A DNA stretch of 63,281 bases, the filler included, from Actinomycetota bacterium (GTDB taxonomy: Bacteria > Actinomycetota > Acidimicrobiia > IMCC26256 > VFJJ01): NCBI GenBank assembly GCA_009886115.1. It is 4 parts of 4 records of this genome, joined end to end, with 100 filler letters (N's around TTAATTAATTAA, not from the genome) between each part and the next. Parts side by side here need not be neighbours in the genome. Positions count along the whole stretch, not along the records: positions 36,864 to 56,191 come from VFJJ01000104.1; positions 56,292 to 63,281 come from VFJJ01000144.1; 2 more parts are not named here. One strand, written 5' to 3'. The notes beneath the pieces are model-generated. The model searched no databases. It was given only the letters and a program-made list of their open reading frames with translations, and had not been told where the DNA came from. Position numbers and translations under genes: made by a program. Shown here piece after piece: positions 48,890-59,914 of this stretch. How positions within the stretch are numbered: position 1 is the stretch's first letter; each line of letters starts with the position of its first letter.

Positions 48890-49600
48890 ATGCCGAACCT
48901 GACGACGATCGCCTTCGACGGCGACGACACCTTGTGGCACAACGAGACCGTGTTCTCGATGACCGAGGAGCGCATCACGACGCTGCTCGCCGACCACATG
49001 GAGCCGGCCGAGCTGTCGAAGCGCCTGCTCGCCACCGAGACGGCCAACCTCCGCCTCTACGGCTACGGCGCCAAGAGCTTCATCCTCTCGATGATCGAGA
49101 CGGCGATCGAGGTCACCGACGGACGAGTCAGCACCGAACACCTGAAGGAGATCCTCGACGTCGGCAAGGAGATGCTCGACCATCCCGTCGAGCTGCTCGA
49201 GGGGGTCGAGGAATGCGTCAAGACCCTGGCCGACGACGGGCGCTACCGCCTCCTGGTGATCACCAAGGGCGACCTGTTCCACCAGGAGTCGAAGGTGGCG
49301 CGGTCGGGGTTGGCCGAGTTGTTCTGGAAGGTCGAGATCGTGGTCGAGAAGGACGTCGCCACCTACCGGCGCATCATGACTGCCCACGGGATCGACCCGA
49401 CCGAGTTCGCCATGGTCGGCAACTCGTTGCGGTCGGACGTGATCCCCGTGCTCCAGATCGGCGCGACCGCCGTCCACGTCCCGTACCCGTTGGTCTGGGC
49501 CCACGAGCACGTCGACCCGACCACGGTCGCCGAGTTGCGCTGGCACGAGGTCGGATCACTCGCTGCCGTCCCGGCCCTTCTCGATGAGCTGCGCCGCTGA
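48890..49600 (+). CDS. HAD-family hydrolase
   Basis: FDGDDTLW, ITKGD, MVGNSLRSD. Confidence 0.92.
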   Translation: MPNLTTIAFDGDDTLWHNETVFSMTEERITTLLADHMEPAELSKRLLATETANLRLYGYGAKSFILSMIETAIEVTDGRVSTEHLKEILDVGKEMLDHPVELLEGVEECVKTLADDGRYRLLVITKGDLFHQESKVARSGLAELFWKVEIVVEKDVATYRRIMTAHGIDPTEFAMVGNSLRSDVIPVLQIGATAVHVPYPLVWAHEHVDPTTVAELRWHEVGSLAAVPALLDELRR

Positions 49601-49640
49601 CGCTCTCTCGGTCGTCAGCGAGAACCAAGGAGGCGACGAC

Positions 49641-52010
49641 GTGGACGGGCACGAGTTCGGCGGGGTGATCGGGCGCTACTGGTACGAGTCGACCCCGTGG
49701 TGGCCACCGGAACCCCGTCCCCCCGTTGGGGTTCCCAACGTGGTGATCGTCCTCCTCGACGACGTGGGCTTCGCCCAGCTCGGCTGCTACGGCTCCGACA
49801 TCGACACGCCGACGTTCGACGGCCTGGCCGGTGGTGGCCTGCGCTACACGAACTTCCACACCACGAGCCTGTGCTCGCCGACGAGGGCGTGCGTGCTCAC
49901 CGGCCGCAACCACCACGCGTGCGGCGTGGGCCGGATCGTCGACCTCCCCCTGGGCTTTCCCGGCTACGACGGCCGCATCCCGAAGAGTTGCGGCCTGCTG
50001 TCCGAGATGCTGGTACCACACGGGTATGCCGCCTACGCCGTCGGCAAGTGGCACCTCACCCCGGAGGACGAGTGCCACCATGGCGCGTCGCGAGCGCGGT
50101 GGCCCCTGTCGCGCGGGTTCGAGCGCTTCTACGGGTTCCACGGCGGTGAGACCCACCAGTTCGCACCGTCGCTCGTGTACGACAACCATCAGATCCCGCC
50201 GCCACGATCCTTCGCCGACGGCTACCACCTCACCGAAGATCTCGTCGACAAGGCGGTGGAGTTCCTCGGCGACCTGCGCTCGATCGACGACGTCAAGCCG
50301 TTCCTCCTGTACTTCTGCCCCGGGGCGTGCCACGCGCCCCACCAGGCCCCGGCCGACTGGCTGGCCCGCTACCGGGGACGCTTCGACCGGGGTTGGGACG
50401 TCGCTCGCGAGGAGACGTTCGCTCGCCAGGTGACCATGGGGTTGCTGCCGTCGGGCACCGTGCTCTCGCCCCGGCCCGAGTGGGTGCCATCGTGGGACGA
50501 GCTCACGCCCGACCAGCGACGGGTGAGCGCTCGCTACATGGAGGCCTTCGCCGCCATGCTCTCGCACACCGACCATCATGTCGGGCGCCTGCTGCGCTTC
50601 CTCGAGGAGACGGGCGATCGCGACAACACCATCGTGCTCCTCATGTCCGACAACGGCGCCAGCTCCGAGGGCGGCCGGAACGGGTCGGTGAACTTCGCCC
50701 ATCTGTACAACGGCGGCGGCATGCGCCTGGCCGATGTCGTCGACCGCATCGACGACATCGGCGGTCCTCGCTTCCACAACAACTACCCGTGGGGCTGGAC
50801 CGTCGCCGGAAACACGCCGTTCCGTCGTTGGAAGCGCGAGGTGCACGAGGGCGGCGTGGCCGATCCGCTCGTCGTCCACTGGCCGGCCGGGATCGCTCCC
50901 GAGAGCCGGGGCGGCAACCGTCACCAGTACGTGCACGCCATCGACGTGGTGCCGACGATCCTCGAGATCACGGGCCTCCCGGTTCCGGCCGTGCTCAACG
51001 GCGTTGAGCAGAAGCCCGTCGATGGGGTGAGCTTCGCCCACACGTTCACCCCGGAGGCCGCCGACCCCAGCGAGGCGACGGGCGTCCCGAGCCGTCATCA
51101 CACCCAGTACTCCGAGATGTTCGGCTGCCGCGCCTTGTACCACAAGGGTTGGAAGGCCGTGGTGTACCACCAGATCCAGCGGCCCGACGAGAACTTCCAC
51201 GAGGACGTGTGGGAGCTCTACCACGTCGAGTCTGATCCGTCGGAGTGCAACGACCTCGCGGCGGAGCGGCCCGATCTGCTCAGGGAGATGATCGACCGCT
51301 GGTGGGTCGAGGCTGCGAAGAACGATGTGCTCCCGCTCGACAACCGCCCGATCTCGTCGTCTGTGCGCATCCGGCCGCCGTTGCTCGAAGCCCGCAACCG
51401 TTACGTGTACTGGCCGAGGACGGCGACGGTCCCCGAGAACGTCGCCGCCGACGTGAAGAACCGCTCCCACACCATCACGGCCCACGTCGACCTCGGCGTC
51501 GACGTCGCCGGAGGGGCCGGAGGGGCCGGAGGGGCCGGAGGGGCCGCGGTGGCCGCAGGGGCCGCAGGGGGTGTCCTTTGTGCACAGGGCAGCCTGCTCG
51601 GCGGGTGGACGCTGTTCGTGCTCGACGGGCACCTCACCTACGTTCACAACCTCACCGGCGACGAGCAGCACCGCATCAGCGGACCCTTACCCCCCTTGGC
51701 TCCCGGCCACCACACGCTCGCGTTCGCCTTCGAGCGCACCGCGGAGCACCAGGGGATCGGGCGCCTCAGCGTCGACGGCATCGAGATCGCGACCGGTCCG
51801 ATTCCACGCTTCACCCCCGTGGCCTTCTCGGTCACCGGGATCGGGCTCTCGTGCGGCGACGACGCCGTGCTCGCCGTCGTCGACGACTACCGGACACCGT
51901 TCCCGTTCGACGGCCCGCACGCGAGGCTCCTCCGGGTCGTGATCGAGGTCGAAGGCGATCGTCACCTCGACGCCGAGGCCGAGGCCGAGATCGCGATCAT
52001 GGTCCAATAG
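49641..52010 (+). CDS. Arylsulfatase (formylglycine-dependent)
   Basis: LLDDVGF, LCSPTR (CxPxR), GKWHL, HAPH, SDNGAS; AAGGAGG Shine-Dalgarno. Confidence 0.94.
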   Translation: MDGHEFGGVIGRYWYESTPWWPPEPRPPVGVPNVVIVLLDDVGFAQLGCYGSDIDTPTFDGLAGGGLRYTNFHTTSLCSPTRACVLTGRNHHACGVGRIVDLPLGFPGYDGRIPKSCGLLSEMLVPHGYAAYAVGKWHLTPEDECHHGASRARWPLSRGFERFYGFHGGETHQFAPSLVYDNHQIPPPRSFADGYHLTEDLVDKAVEFLGDLRSIDDVKPFLLYFCPGACHAPHQAPADWLARYRGRFDRGWDVAREETFARQVTMGLLPSGTVLSPRPEWVPSWDELTPDQRRVSARYMEAFAAMLSHTDHHVGRLLRFLEETGDRDNTIVLLMSDNGASSEGGRNGSVNFAHLYNGGGMRLADVVDRIDDIGGPRFHNNYPWGWTVAGNTPFRRWKREVHEGGVADPLVVHWPAGIAPESRGGNRHQYVHAIDVVPTILEITGLPVPAVLNGVEQKPVDGVSFAHTFTPEAADPSEATGVPSRHHTQYSEMFGCRALYHKGWKAVVYHQIQRPDENFHEDVWELYHVESDPSECNDLAAERPDLLREMIDRWWVEAAKNDVLPLDNRPISSSVRIRPPLLEARNRYVYWPRTATVPENVAADVKNRSHTITAHVDLGVDVAGGAGGAGGAGGAAVAAGAAGGVLCAQGSLLGGWTLFVLDGHLTYVHNLTGDEQHRISGPLPPLAPGHHTLAFAFERTAEHQGIGRLSVDGIEIATGPIPRFTPVAFSVTGIGLSCGDDAVLAVVDDYRTPFPFDGPHARLLRVVIEVEGDRHLDAEAEAEIAIMVQ

Positions 52011-52020
52011 CCGGCCCTCC

Positions 52021-52075
52021 CCCGTTCTTTGTGTGCCGCCCGGTGCTGGGAGCGGCCCTGGACACAAAGAACGGG
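52021..52075. repeat. Intergenic element with 14-bp terminal inverted repeats
   Basis: CCCGTTCTTTGTGT ... ACACAAAGAACGGG. Confidence 0.7.
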
Positions 52076-52122
52076 AGCCGGCCCACCCAACTGCCATTGC
52101 ACCCAGGAGACGGAGAGCAGCC

Positions 52123-53694
<1,572 letters not shown>

Positions 53695-53733
53695 CGGCCC
53701 AGCCGAGCCGACAGGGGACAGCACAGCACCGAC

Positions 53734-54531
53734 ATGGACAACACGGGACGGGTGGTCGTGGTCACCGGCGGGACGCGGGGCATCGGGCGAGGCATCGCCC
53801 AGTGCTTCCTCGACTCCGGCGCCGAGGTGATCGTCTGTGCCCGACGGCCGCCCGACACCCCGGTGACGAGCTCACCCGGCGCACCTCGGGAGCGCGGCGA
53901 AGGCGGCGAGCGCGGCGAGCGACAGGACGCCCGCAGCGCGCGGTTCGTCGCCGCCGACGTCCGTGACCCCGAGCAGTTCGCGGCCGTCCTCGACGCCGCC
54001 GAGGCCGTCACGGGACGGCTCGACGTGCTCGTGAACAACGCGGGAGGCACCCCGGCAGCCGACCCGGCCCGGGTGAACGCACGCTTCCACCGCTCGATCA
54101 TCGACCTCAACCTCGTGGCGCCGCTGCTGTGCGCCACCATGGCCTACGAACGGATGCGGGCTCGGGAGGTCGTCGGCGGCTCGATCGTGATGATCTCCAG
54201 CGTCGTGACCCGGGTGCCCAACCCCGCCGCCGCCTCGTACTCCGCAGCCAAGGCCGGTCTCGATTCGCTCACCGAGTCGCTCGCGGCCGCCTTCGCGCCC
54301 CACGTCCGCCTGAACGCCGTGTCGCCGGGGCTCATCGCCACCGAACTGCTCGACGAGACGTACCCGCCCGAGGCGATCAACAGCATTCCCATGGGCCGCT
54401 TCGGAACCCCGCGCGACATCGGCCACGCCTGCCTCATGCTCACCGACCCGGAACGGGCGGCCTACATCACCGGAGCCACCCTGGCCTGCCACGGCGGCCG
54501 CCCGTTGCGCTGGCCCGTCGACCAGCCCTGA
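53734..54531 (+). CDS. SDR family oxidoreductase
   Basis: TGGTRGIG, NNAG, YSAAK. Confidence 0.93.
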   Translation: MDNTGRVVVVTGGTRGIGRGIAQCFLDSGAEVIVCARRPPDTPVTSSPGAPRERGEGGERGERQDARSARFVAADVRDPEQFAAVLDAAEAVTGRLDVLVNNAGGTPAADPARVNARFHRSIIDLNLVAPLLCATMAYERMRAREVVGGSIVMISSVVTRVPNPAAASYSAAKAGLDSLTESLAAAFAPHVRLNAVSPGLIATELLDETYPPEAINSIPMGRFGTPRDIGHACLMLTDPERAAYITGATLACHGGRPLRWPVDQP

Positions 54532-54570
54532 AGCCCGCTACGGATGGGTCCGCCCAACGAGCAGGCCCGC

Positions 54571-55719
54571 TCAGCGGAGGCGGAGCACCCGCGACGAGGC
54601 ACCGAGATCGGCGAGGGCGCTCCGGTCGACGGTCACCCCGAGGCCCGGCCCGGGCGGAACGCTGAGATACCCGTCGTCGAGGACGAAGGGCGTCTCGACG
54701 ATGTCGCGCCGGTAGTACCGCGCCGACGCCGAGAGGTCGCCCGGAAGCGTGAAGTTCGCCAACGCGGCGAGGGCGACGTTGGCAGCCCGCCCGATCCCGG
54801 TCTCGAACATGCCGCCGCACCAGACCGGAATCCCTTGGGCTGCACAGAGATCATGGATCCGCACCGCTTCGAGGAGCCCGCCGACCCGACCCGGTTTCAG
54901 GTTCACGACGCTGCACGCGCCGAGGGCCAGGGCCACCGCCGCCGACGCCACCGAGACGATCGACTCGTCGAGACAGATGGGTGTTCGGAGACGCCGAGCC
55001 AGCTCGGCGTGGCCGAGCAGGTCGTCGGCGGCCAACGGTTGCTCGATGAGCAGCAGGTCGAGGTCGTCGAGCGCCGCGAGCTCGGCGGCGGCGGCGGTGA
55101 CGGCGGCGGCGTTCGAGCGAGCGAACGACCCGTTGGCGTCGACCTGGAGTGCCAGGGCCGGATGGCGCTCCCGCACCGCCCGGACCGGCTCGACGGCGTG
55201 GCCCGGTGCGATCTTGAGCTTCACCCGGCGGTACCCGGCGGTCACGTACCCGTCGACCACCGAGCACAGCTCCGCGATGCTCCCGGTCGCCCCGACCGAG
55301 ACCCCGGCCGGGACCCGATCGACGACCGCCCCCAACCGACGGCCCAGGGGCTCCCCGAGCGCTCGGAGCTCGGCGTCGAGCACGGCCATCTCCAAGGCCG
55401 CCTTGGCCATCGGGTGACCGGCGATCCCGTCAAGTGCCGCGCGAACATCGACGGCAGCCACTCCCCCACCGCCGGCGTCGCACGCCACCGCGAGCGCCGG
55501 GACGAGGAAGCGCTCGGTCACCGCCGCGGCTCCGTCGGCCCACTCCGCCGTGTAGCGAGGCTCGGTGAGCGCCGCGCACTCCCCCCAGCCCTCGCCGTCG
55601 GGACCGTCGACGCGCACCAACAGCACGTCTCGCCCGTGCTCGACGCCGTACGCCGTGCGAAACGGCGTGACGAGCTCCATACGCACCCGTACCAGCTCGA
55701 CCACCTCGACGCGGATCAC
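54571..55719 (-). CDS. menC: o-succinylbenzoate synthase / N-acylamino acid racemase (enolase superfamily)
   Basis: VKLKI, VDAN, IEQP, LDES, NLKPGRVGG, WCGGMFETGIG, PGDLSAS. Confidence 0.88.
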   Translation of the reverse strand: MIRVEVVELVRVRMELVTPFRTAYGVEHGRDVLLVRVDGPDGEGWGECAALTEPRYTAEWADGAAAVTERFLVPALAVACDAGGGGVAAVDVRAALDGIAGHPMAKAALEMAVLDAELRALGEPLGRRLGAVVDRVPAGVSVGATGSIAELCSVVDGYVTAGYRRVKLKIAPGHAVEPVRAVRERHPALALQVDANGSFARSNAAAVTAAAAELAALDDLDLLLIEQPLAADDLLGHAELARRLRTPICLDESIVSVASAAVALALGACSVVNLKPGRVGGLLEAVRIHDLCAAQGIPVWCGGMFETGIGRAANVALAALANFTLPGDLSASARYYRRDIVETPFVLDDGYLSVPPGPGLGVTVDRSALADLGASSRVLRLR

Positions 55720-55765
55720 CGCCGGTCGCCCGGTCCGTCCGATGCTGCTCGTTCCGCCCCCACGA

Positions 55766-56113
55766 TCACGCTCCCCGCCCGACGGCTGCCGCCATTCCTA
55801 CACGGCGCGCTGCCGGACGACGCGTATCACCCACGCTCGGCCACACCACGATGTCGGCGACACCGGCTCGGGCCGGACGACGCGTATCACGTTCACGACG
55901 CGACTTCGCGCAGTACATGGCCCCGTCGGCCTTCTGGAGCAGCGTGGCGCCATCGCTGCGGTGATCGGGCGCGATGGCAATGCCGACGCTGGCACTGACG
56001 TTGAGCGTGAGAGCGTTCATCTCGACCGGACGGCGGAGCTCAGCGAGGAGGTGCGCCGCCACGGCCCGGGCGCTGGCTGCGTCGGCTGGACCATGCCGTC
56101 CTCCACATGGCAA
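55766..56113 (-). pseudogene. C-terminal GGDEF-domain remnant
   Basis: VSASVGIAIAPDH...TLLQKADGAMYCAK; no GGDEF motif upstream. Confidence 0.65.
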
Positions 56114-56191
56114 CCACCAGCAGCGCCGGTGCGGCGCAGTTGCCCACCATTGGGCGGGTTTCGCTCAACCCGTCAGCACCTGGACCCAGCA

Positions 56192-56291
56192 NNNNNNNNN
56201 NNNNNNNNNNNNNNNNNNNNNNNNNNNNNNNNNNNTTAATTAATTAANNNNNNNNNNNNNNNNNNNNNNNNNNNNNNNNNNNNNNNNNNNN
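56192..56291. other. Artificial contig linker
   Basis: N-run with TTAATTAATTAA. Confidence 0.98.
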
Positions 56292-56355
56292 CACCCCGCC
56301 ACCCCGCCACCCTGACACCCCGACACCCCGACACCCAGACGCCCCGACACCCAGA
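56292..56355. repeat. Degenerate 8-bp tandem array (CACCCCGA-like x8)
   Basis: caccccgc caccccgc caccctga caccccga caccccga cacccaga cgccccga cacccaga. Confidence 0.85.
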
Positions 56356-56367
56356 CCCAGGAACCCC

Positions 56368-57234
56368 ATGGAACCGGTGCACCTCCACAAGTTGCACGCC
56401 ACCGGCAACGACTTTCTGGTGGTGGTCGACCTCGCCGACACGCTCGGTGATCGCCTCGACGCCGTTTCCCTGTGCGATCGGCACCGGGGGATCGGCGCTG
56501 ACGGCCTGATCCGGATCCTGGCGGGTCGCGACGGCTGCGAACTCGCCATGATCCTCACCAATGCCGATGGGGGCCGGGCCGAGATGAGCGGCAACGGTGT
56601 GAGAGCCCTGGCCAGCGTCGCGGTGGCCGAGGGTCTCGTCGTCGGCCGCCGGTTCCGGCTGGCCACCGACGCGGGCCCCCGAACGGTCACCGTCGAATGC
56701 GACGACGCTGGACGCGCCGTCGCGGCCCGCCTCGACATGGGACCGGCCCGCTTTGGCGTCTCCGACGTCGAGGTGGCTGTCGAGGGTGGTGGAGGTTCCC
56801 CCTCGGCGTGCTACGTCGGCGACGAGGTCGACATGGGCAACCCCCATTTCGTCGTGTTCGTCGACGATCCCGACGCCGTGGCCCTCGTGGCCCACGGACC
56901 GCTGATCGAGCACCATCCGCGCTTTCCCCGGCGAACGAACGTCCATTTCGTACGGGCCACCGGCGCCGACCGGCTGCACATGGTGATCTGGGAGCGAGGG
57001 GCGGGGGCGACCCTCTCGTGCGGCACGGGAGCGTGTGCCGCCGTCGCCGCAGCCCACCGGCGCGGCCTCGTGGGTCCCCAGGTTGCCGTCGAGGTGCCCG
57101 GCGGCATTCTCGAGGTGACCATGGCCGAAGCGACGATCGTCCTCGGCGGCCCGGTGGCTCCGGTCTTCGAGGTCGACGTGGTCCCCGAGCACCTGGTTGC
57201 GAGCGGAACACGAGCCCGGACGGGACGGCGTTGA
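56368..57234 (+). CDS. dapF: Diaminopimelate epimerase (first catalytic Cys replaced by Ser)
   Basis: HATGNDF, GIGADG, NADG, EMSGNG, MGNPH, ERGAG.TLSCGTG. Confidence 0.92.
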   Translation: MEPVHLHKLHATGNDFLVVVDLADTLGDRLDAVSLCDRHRGIGADGLIRILAGRDGCELAMILTNADGGRAEMSGNGVRALASVAVAEGLVVGRRFRLATDAGPRTVTVECDDAGRAVAARLDMGPARFGVSDVEVAVEGGGGSPSACYVGDEVDMGNPHFVVFVDDPDAVALVAHGPLIEHHPRFPRRTNVHFVRATGADRLHMVIWERGAGATLSCGTGACAAVAAAHRRGLVGPQVAVEVPGGILEVTMAEATIVLGGPVAPVFEVDVVPEHLVASGTRARTGRR

Positions 57235-58544
57235 GCGCCGGGCACGCCGGACGTGCCGGCCGTCGACTCACCGCGTCCGAGACCGATCTCGCGGTCGTCC
57301 GTCAGCGCGCCATCGTGGTCGGCGTCGCCCTCGACGACCGGGTCGACCTCGAGGGTGGTCTCGACGAGTTGATGCTGCTCACCGATACCGCGGGAGCCGA
57401 GCCCGTCGAGCGGATCTCACAGCGTCGCGATGCCCCCGATCCGGCCACGTACCTGGGCGCGGGCAAGCTCGAGGAGCTGCGCGAGCTCGTCGAGGGGCTC
57501 GACATCGACCTCGTGGTGTTCGACGGCGAGCTCTCGCCGGCCCAGCAGCGCAACCTCGAGAAGGTGCTCAAGGTCGACGTGGTCGATCGGGTCGCGCTGA
57601 TCCTCGACATCTTCGCCCTCCACGCCCGGAGTCGCGAAGGCATGCTGCAGGTCGAGCTGGCCCAGCTGCGATACCGGTTGCCGCGCCTGCGGGGCAAGGG
57701 TGTGCAGCTCTCGCGCCTCGGCGGTGGCATCGGGACCCGGGGTCCCGGAGAGACCCAGCTCGAGGTCGATCGCCGACGCATCCTCCGCCGCATCTCCAAG
57801 CTCGAGGGCGATCTCCGCAAGCTGAGCGGCACCCGGGCCACCCAGCGCAAGGCACGCCGCCGCTCCGAGCATGCCGAGGTGGCGCTCGTCGGCTACACGA
57901 ACGCCGGGAAGTCGACGGTCCTCAACCGGCTCACCACCGCCGACGTCCTCGTGGAGGACCGACTCTTCTCGACCCTCGATCCCACCGTCAGGCAGTTGCG
58001 CCTCCCCGGCGGCGAGACCGTGGCCCTCACCGACACGGTGGGCTTCGTGCATCGGCTCCCGCACCAACTGGTGCAGGCCTTCCGATCGACGCTCGAGCAG
58101 GTGGCCGGGGCCGACATGCTGGTGCACGTCCTCGACGGCTCGACGGCCGACCCCGAGGCCCACATGGAGGCCGTCCAAGCCGTGCTGCGCGAGATCGGCG
58201 CCGACACGCTGCCGGTCCTCATCGCCGTGAACAAGATCGACCGGGCCGACGACGCCGTCGTGACCCGGCTCCTCCGCCGCTATCCCGGGACCGTGGCCCT
58301 GTCGGCGCTCACGGGGGAGGGCCTCGACGGGCTCGTGGCCGCGATCGCCGAGCAGCTACGCGTCGGAACGACCGAGGTGGAGCTCTCGATCCCGTTCGAC
58401 CGGGGCGACATCGTGGCGGCCTTGCACCGTGAGGGCGAGGTGCTCAGCCAGGTCCATCACGAGGGCGCCACGCTGGTCTGGGTCCGCCTCTCGAACGCTG
58501 GCCTGCAGCGCTTCGCCGAGTTCCGCGTGGTGCAACCCCGGTGA
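57231..58544 (+). CDS. hflX: GTPase HflX
   Basis: GGGIGTRGPGETQLE, GYTNAGKS, DTVG, NKID; TTG start inferred from overlap with dapF stop. Confidence 0.95.
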   Translation: MSAGHAGRAGRRLTASETDLAVVRQRAIVVGVALDDRVDLEGGLDELMLLTDTAGAEPVERISQRRDAPDPATYLGAGKLEELRELVEGLDIDLVVFDGELSPAQQRNLEKVLKVDVVDRVALILDIFALHARSREGMLQVELAQLRYRLPRLRGKGVQLSRLGGGIGTRGPGETQLEVDRRRILRRISKLEGDLRKLSGTRATQRKARRRSEHAEVALVGYTNAGKSTVLNRLTTADVLVEDRLFSTLDPTVRQLRLPGGETVALTDTVGFVHRLPHQLVQAFRSTLEQVAGADMLVHVLDGSTADPEAHMEAVQAVLREIGADTLPVLIAVNKIDRADDAVVTRLLRRYPGTVALSALTGEGLDGLVAAIAEQLRVGTTEVELSIPFDRGDIVAALHREGEVLSQVHHEGATLVWVRLSNAGLQRFAEFRVVQPR

Positions 58545-58689
58545 GCCTGGGTGGTCCGACCTCGGCGTCTCCGGGTGGCGCCACCACGGTACGGCGTCGG
58601 CCAGGGCCGACGTCTTCGATCTCGTCGAGCGTCTCGGCCGGCGATCGGGAGCGCTCGGTTGGCGAGCCCGACCAGTAGGCTCCCGCCCG

Positions 58690-59862
58690 ATGGCCGACCC
58701 CTTCGTGCTCCCGCCGTATCCCTACGACCGCCTCGACGTGCTGAAGGCCCGAGCCTCCTCCGTGGGTGGTGGCCTCGTCGATTGCTCGATCGGGACGCCG
58801 TGCGATCCGATGCCCGAGGTCGTGGTCTGGGCCATGGCGCAGTCGGCCGATGCGGGCATCGGGTACCCCCCGTCGATCGGGTCGCTCGGGCTTCGTGAGG
58901 CGGCCTGCGGCTGGATGCTCCGCCGCCTCGGTGTCGAGGTCGCGCCCGATCAGGTCACCAGCTGTGTCGGTACGAAGGAGGCGGTGGCCTCGCTCCCGCA
59001 GTACCTGCGCCTGCGCGACCGGTCTCGCGACACGGTGCTGTCGCCCGAGGTCGCCTACCCCACCTACGCCATGGGGGCCACCCTGGCCGGATGCCGTTCG
59101 GTGCCGGTTCCCGTCGATGCCGAATGGCACCTCGATCTCGACCGCGTGTCCGACGAGGACGCCGAACGGGCCCTGCTGCTGTGGATCAACGAACCGTCGA
59201 ACCCGACCGGTTCGGTGGCCAGCAACGAGTGGTACGCCAAGGCCGTCGATTGGGCCCGTCGCAGGGGCATCATCGTGGCGTCCGACGAGTGCTACGCCGA
59301 GTTCGTCGCCGATCAGCCCCGCTCGAGCGCCCTGAACGCGGGCACCGACGGGGTGCTGGCGGTGCACTCCCTGTCGAAGCGATCCAACATGGCGGGGATG
59401 CGTGTCGGGTTCATGGCCGGTGATGAGGGGCTCATCCACTATCTCGGCGAGGTGCGCAAGCACGCCGGGCTGATGATCCCGGGTCCGATCCAGGCGGCGG
59501 CGGCGGTGGCGCTGGCCGACGACGACCACGTCGACGAGCAACTCGCCCGGTACGCCGAGCGCCGGGCGCTGTGGATCGACTGGCTCGACCGGAGCGATCT
59601 GGTGCACGACGGTGGTCCCGGCACGTTCTACCTCTGGATCCGCAGCCGCGACGAGACCTCGGCGATCCCCGTGCGGGGCGTGGCCGATGAGCACATCCGA
59701 GCGTGGGAGCTGGCCGCTCGTTTCGCCGAGACCGGGACCCTGGTGGCCCCGGGCGATCTCTACGGCGAGCGGCAGGCCCACCATGTCCGGGTCGCACTCG
59801 TCCAACCGCTCGAACGACTCAGCCTCGCCCTCGAGCGGATGACGACCACGCTCCGGCGCTGA
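58690..59862 (+). CDS. dapC: N-succinyldiaminopimelate aminotransferase
   Basis: SIGTPCDP, GTKE, AYPTY, PSNPTG, SDECY, SLSKRSN; context with dapD/dapE. Confidence 0.9.
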   Translation: MADPFVLPPYPYDRLDVLKARASSVGGGLVDCSIGTPCDPMPEVVVWAMAQSADAGIGYPPSIGSLGLREAACGWMLRRLGVEVAPDQVTSCVGTKEAVASLPQYLRLRDRSRDTVLSPEVAYPTYAMGATLAGCRSVPVPVDAEWHLDLDRVSDEDAERALLLWINEPSNPTGSVASNEWYAKAVDWARRRGIIVASDECYAEFVADQPRSSALNAGTDGVLAVHSLSKRSNMAGMRVGFMAGDEGLIHYLGEVRKHAGLMIPGPIQAAAAVALADDDHVDEQLARYAERRALWIDWLDRSDLVHDGGPGTFYLWIRSRDETSAIPVRGVADEHIRAWELAARFAETGTLVAPGDLYGERQAHHVRVALVQPLERLSLALERMTTTLRR

Positions 59863-59914
59863 TCGCCCGTCCCGCTCGCGCCGCGTTCGCCCTTCTCGAA
59901 CCACCGGAGGCTCC

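Noticed and set aside
56150..56180. TGCTGACGGGTTGAGCGAAACCC as an IS terminal repeat
   Set aside because: No transposase or partner end is visible before the gap.
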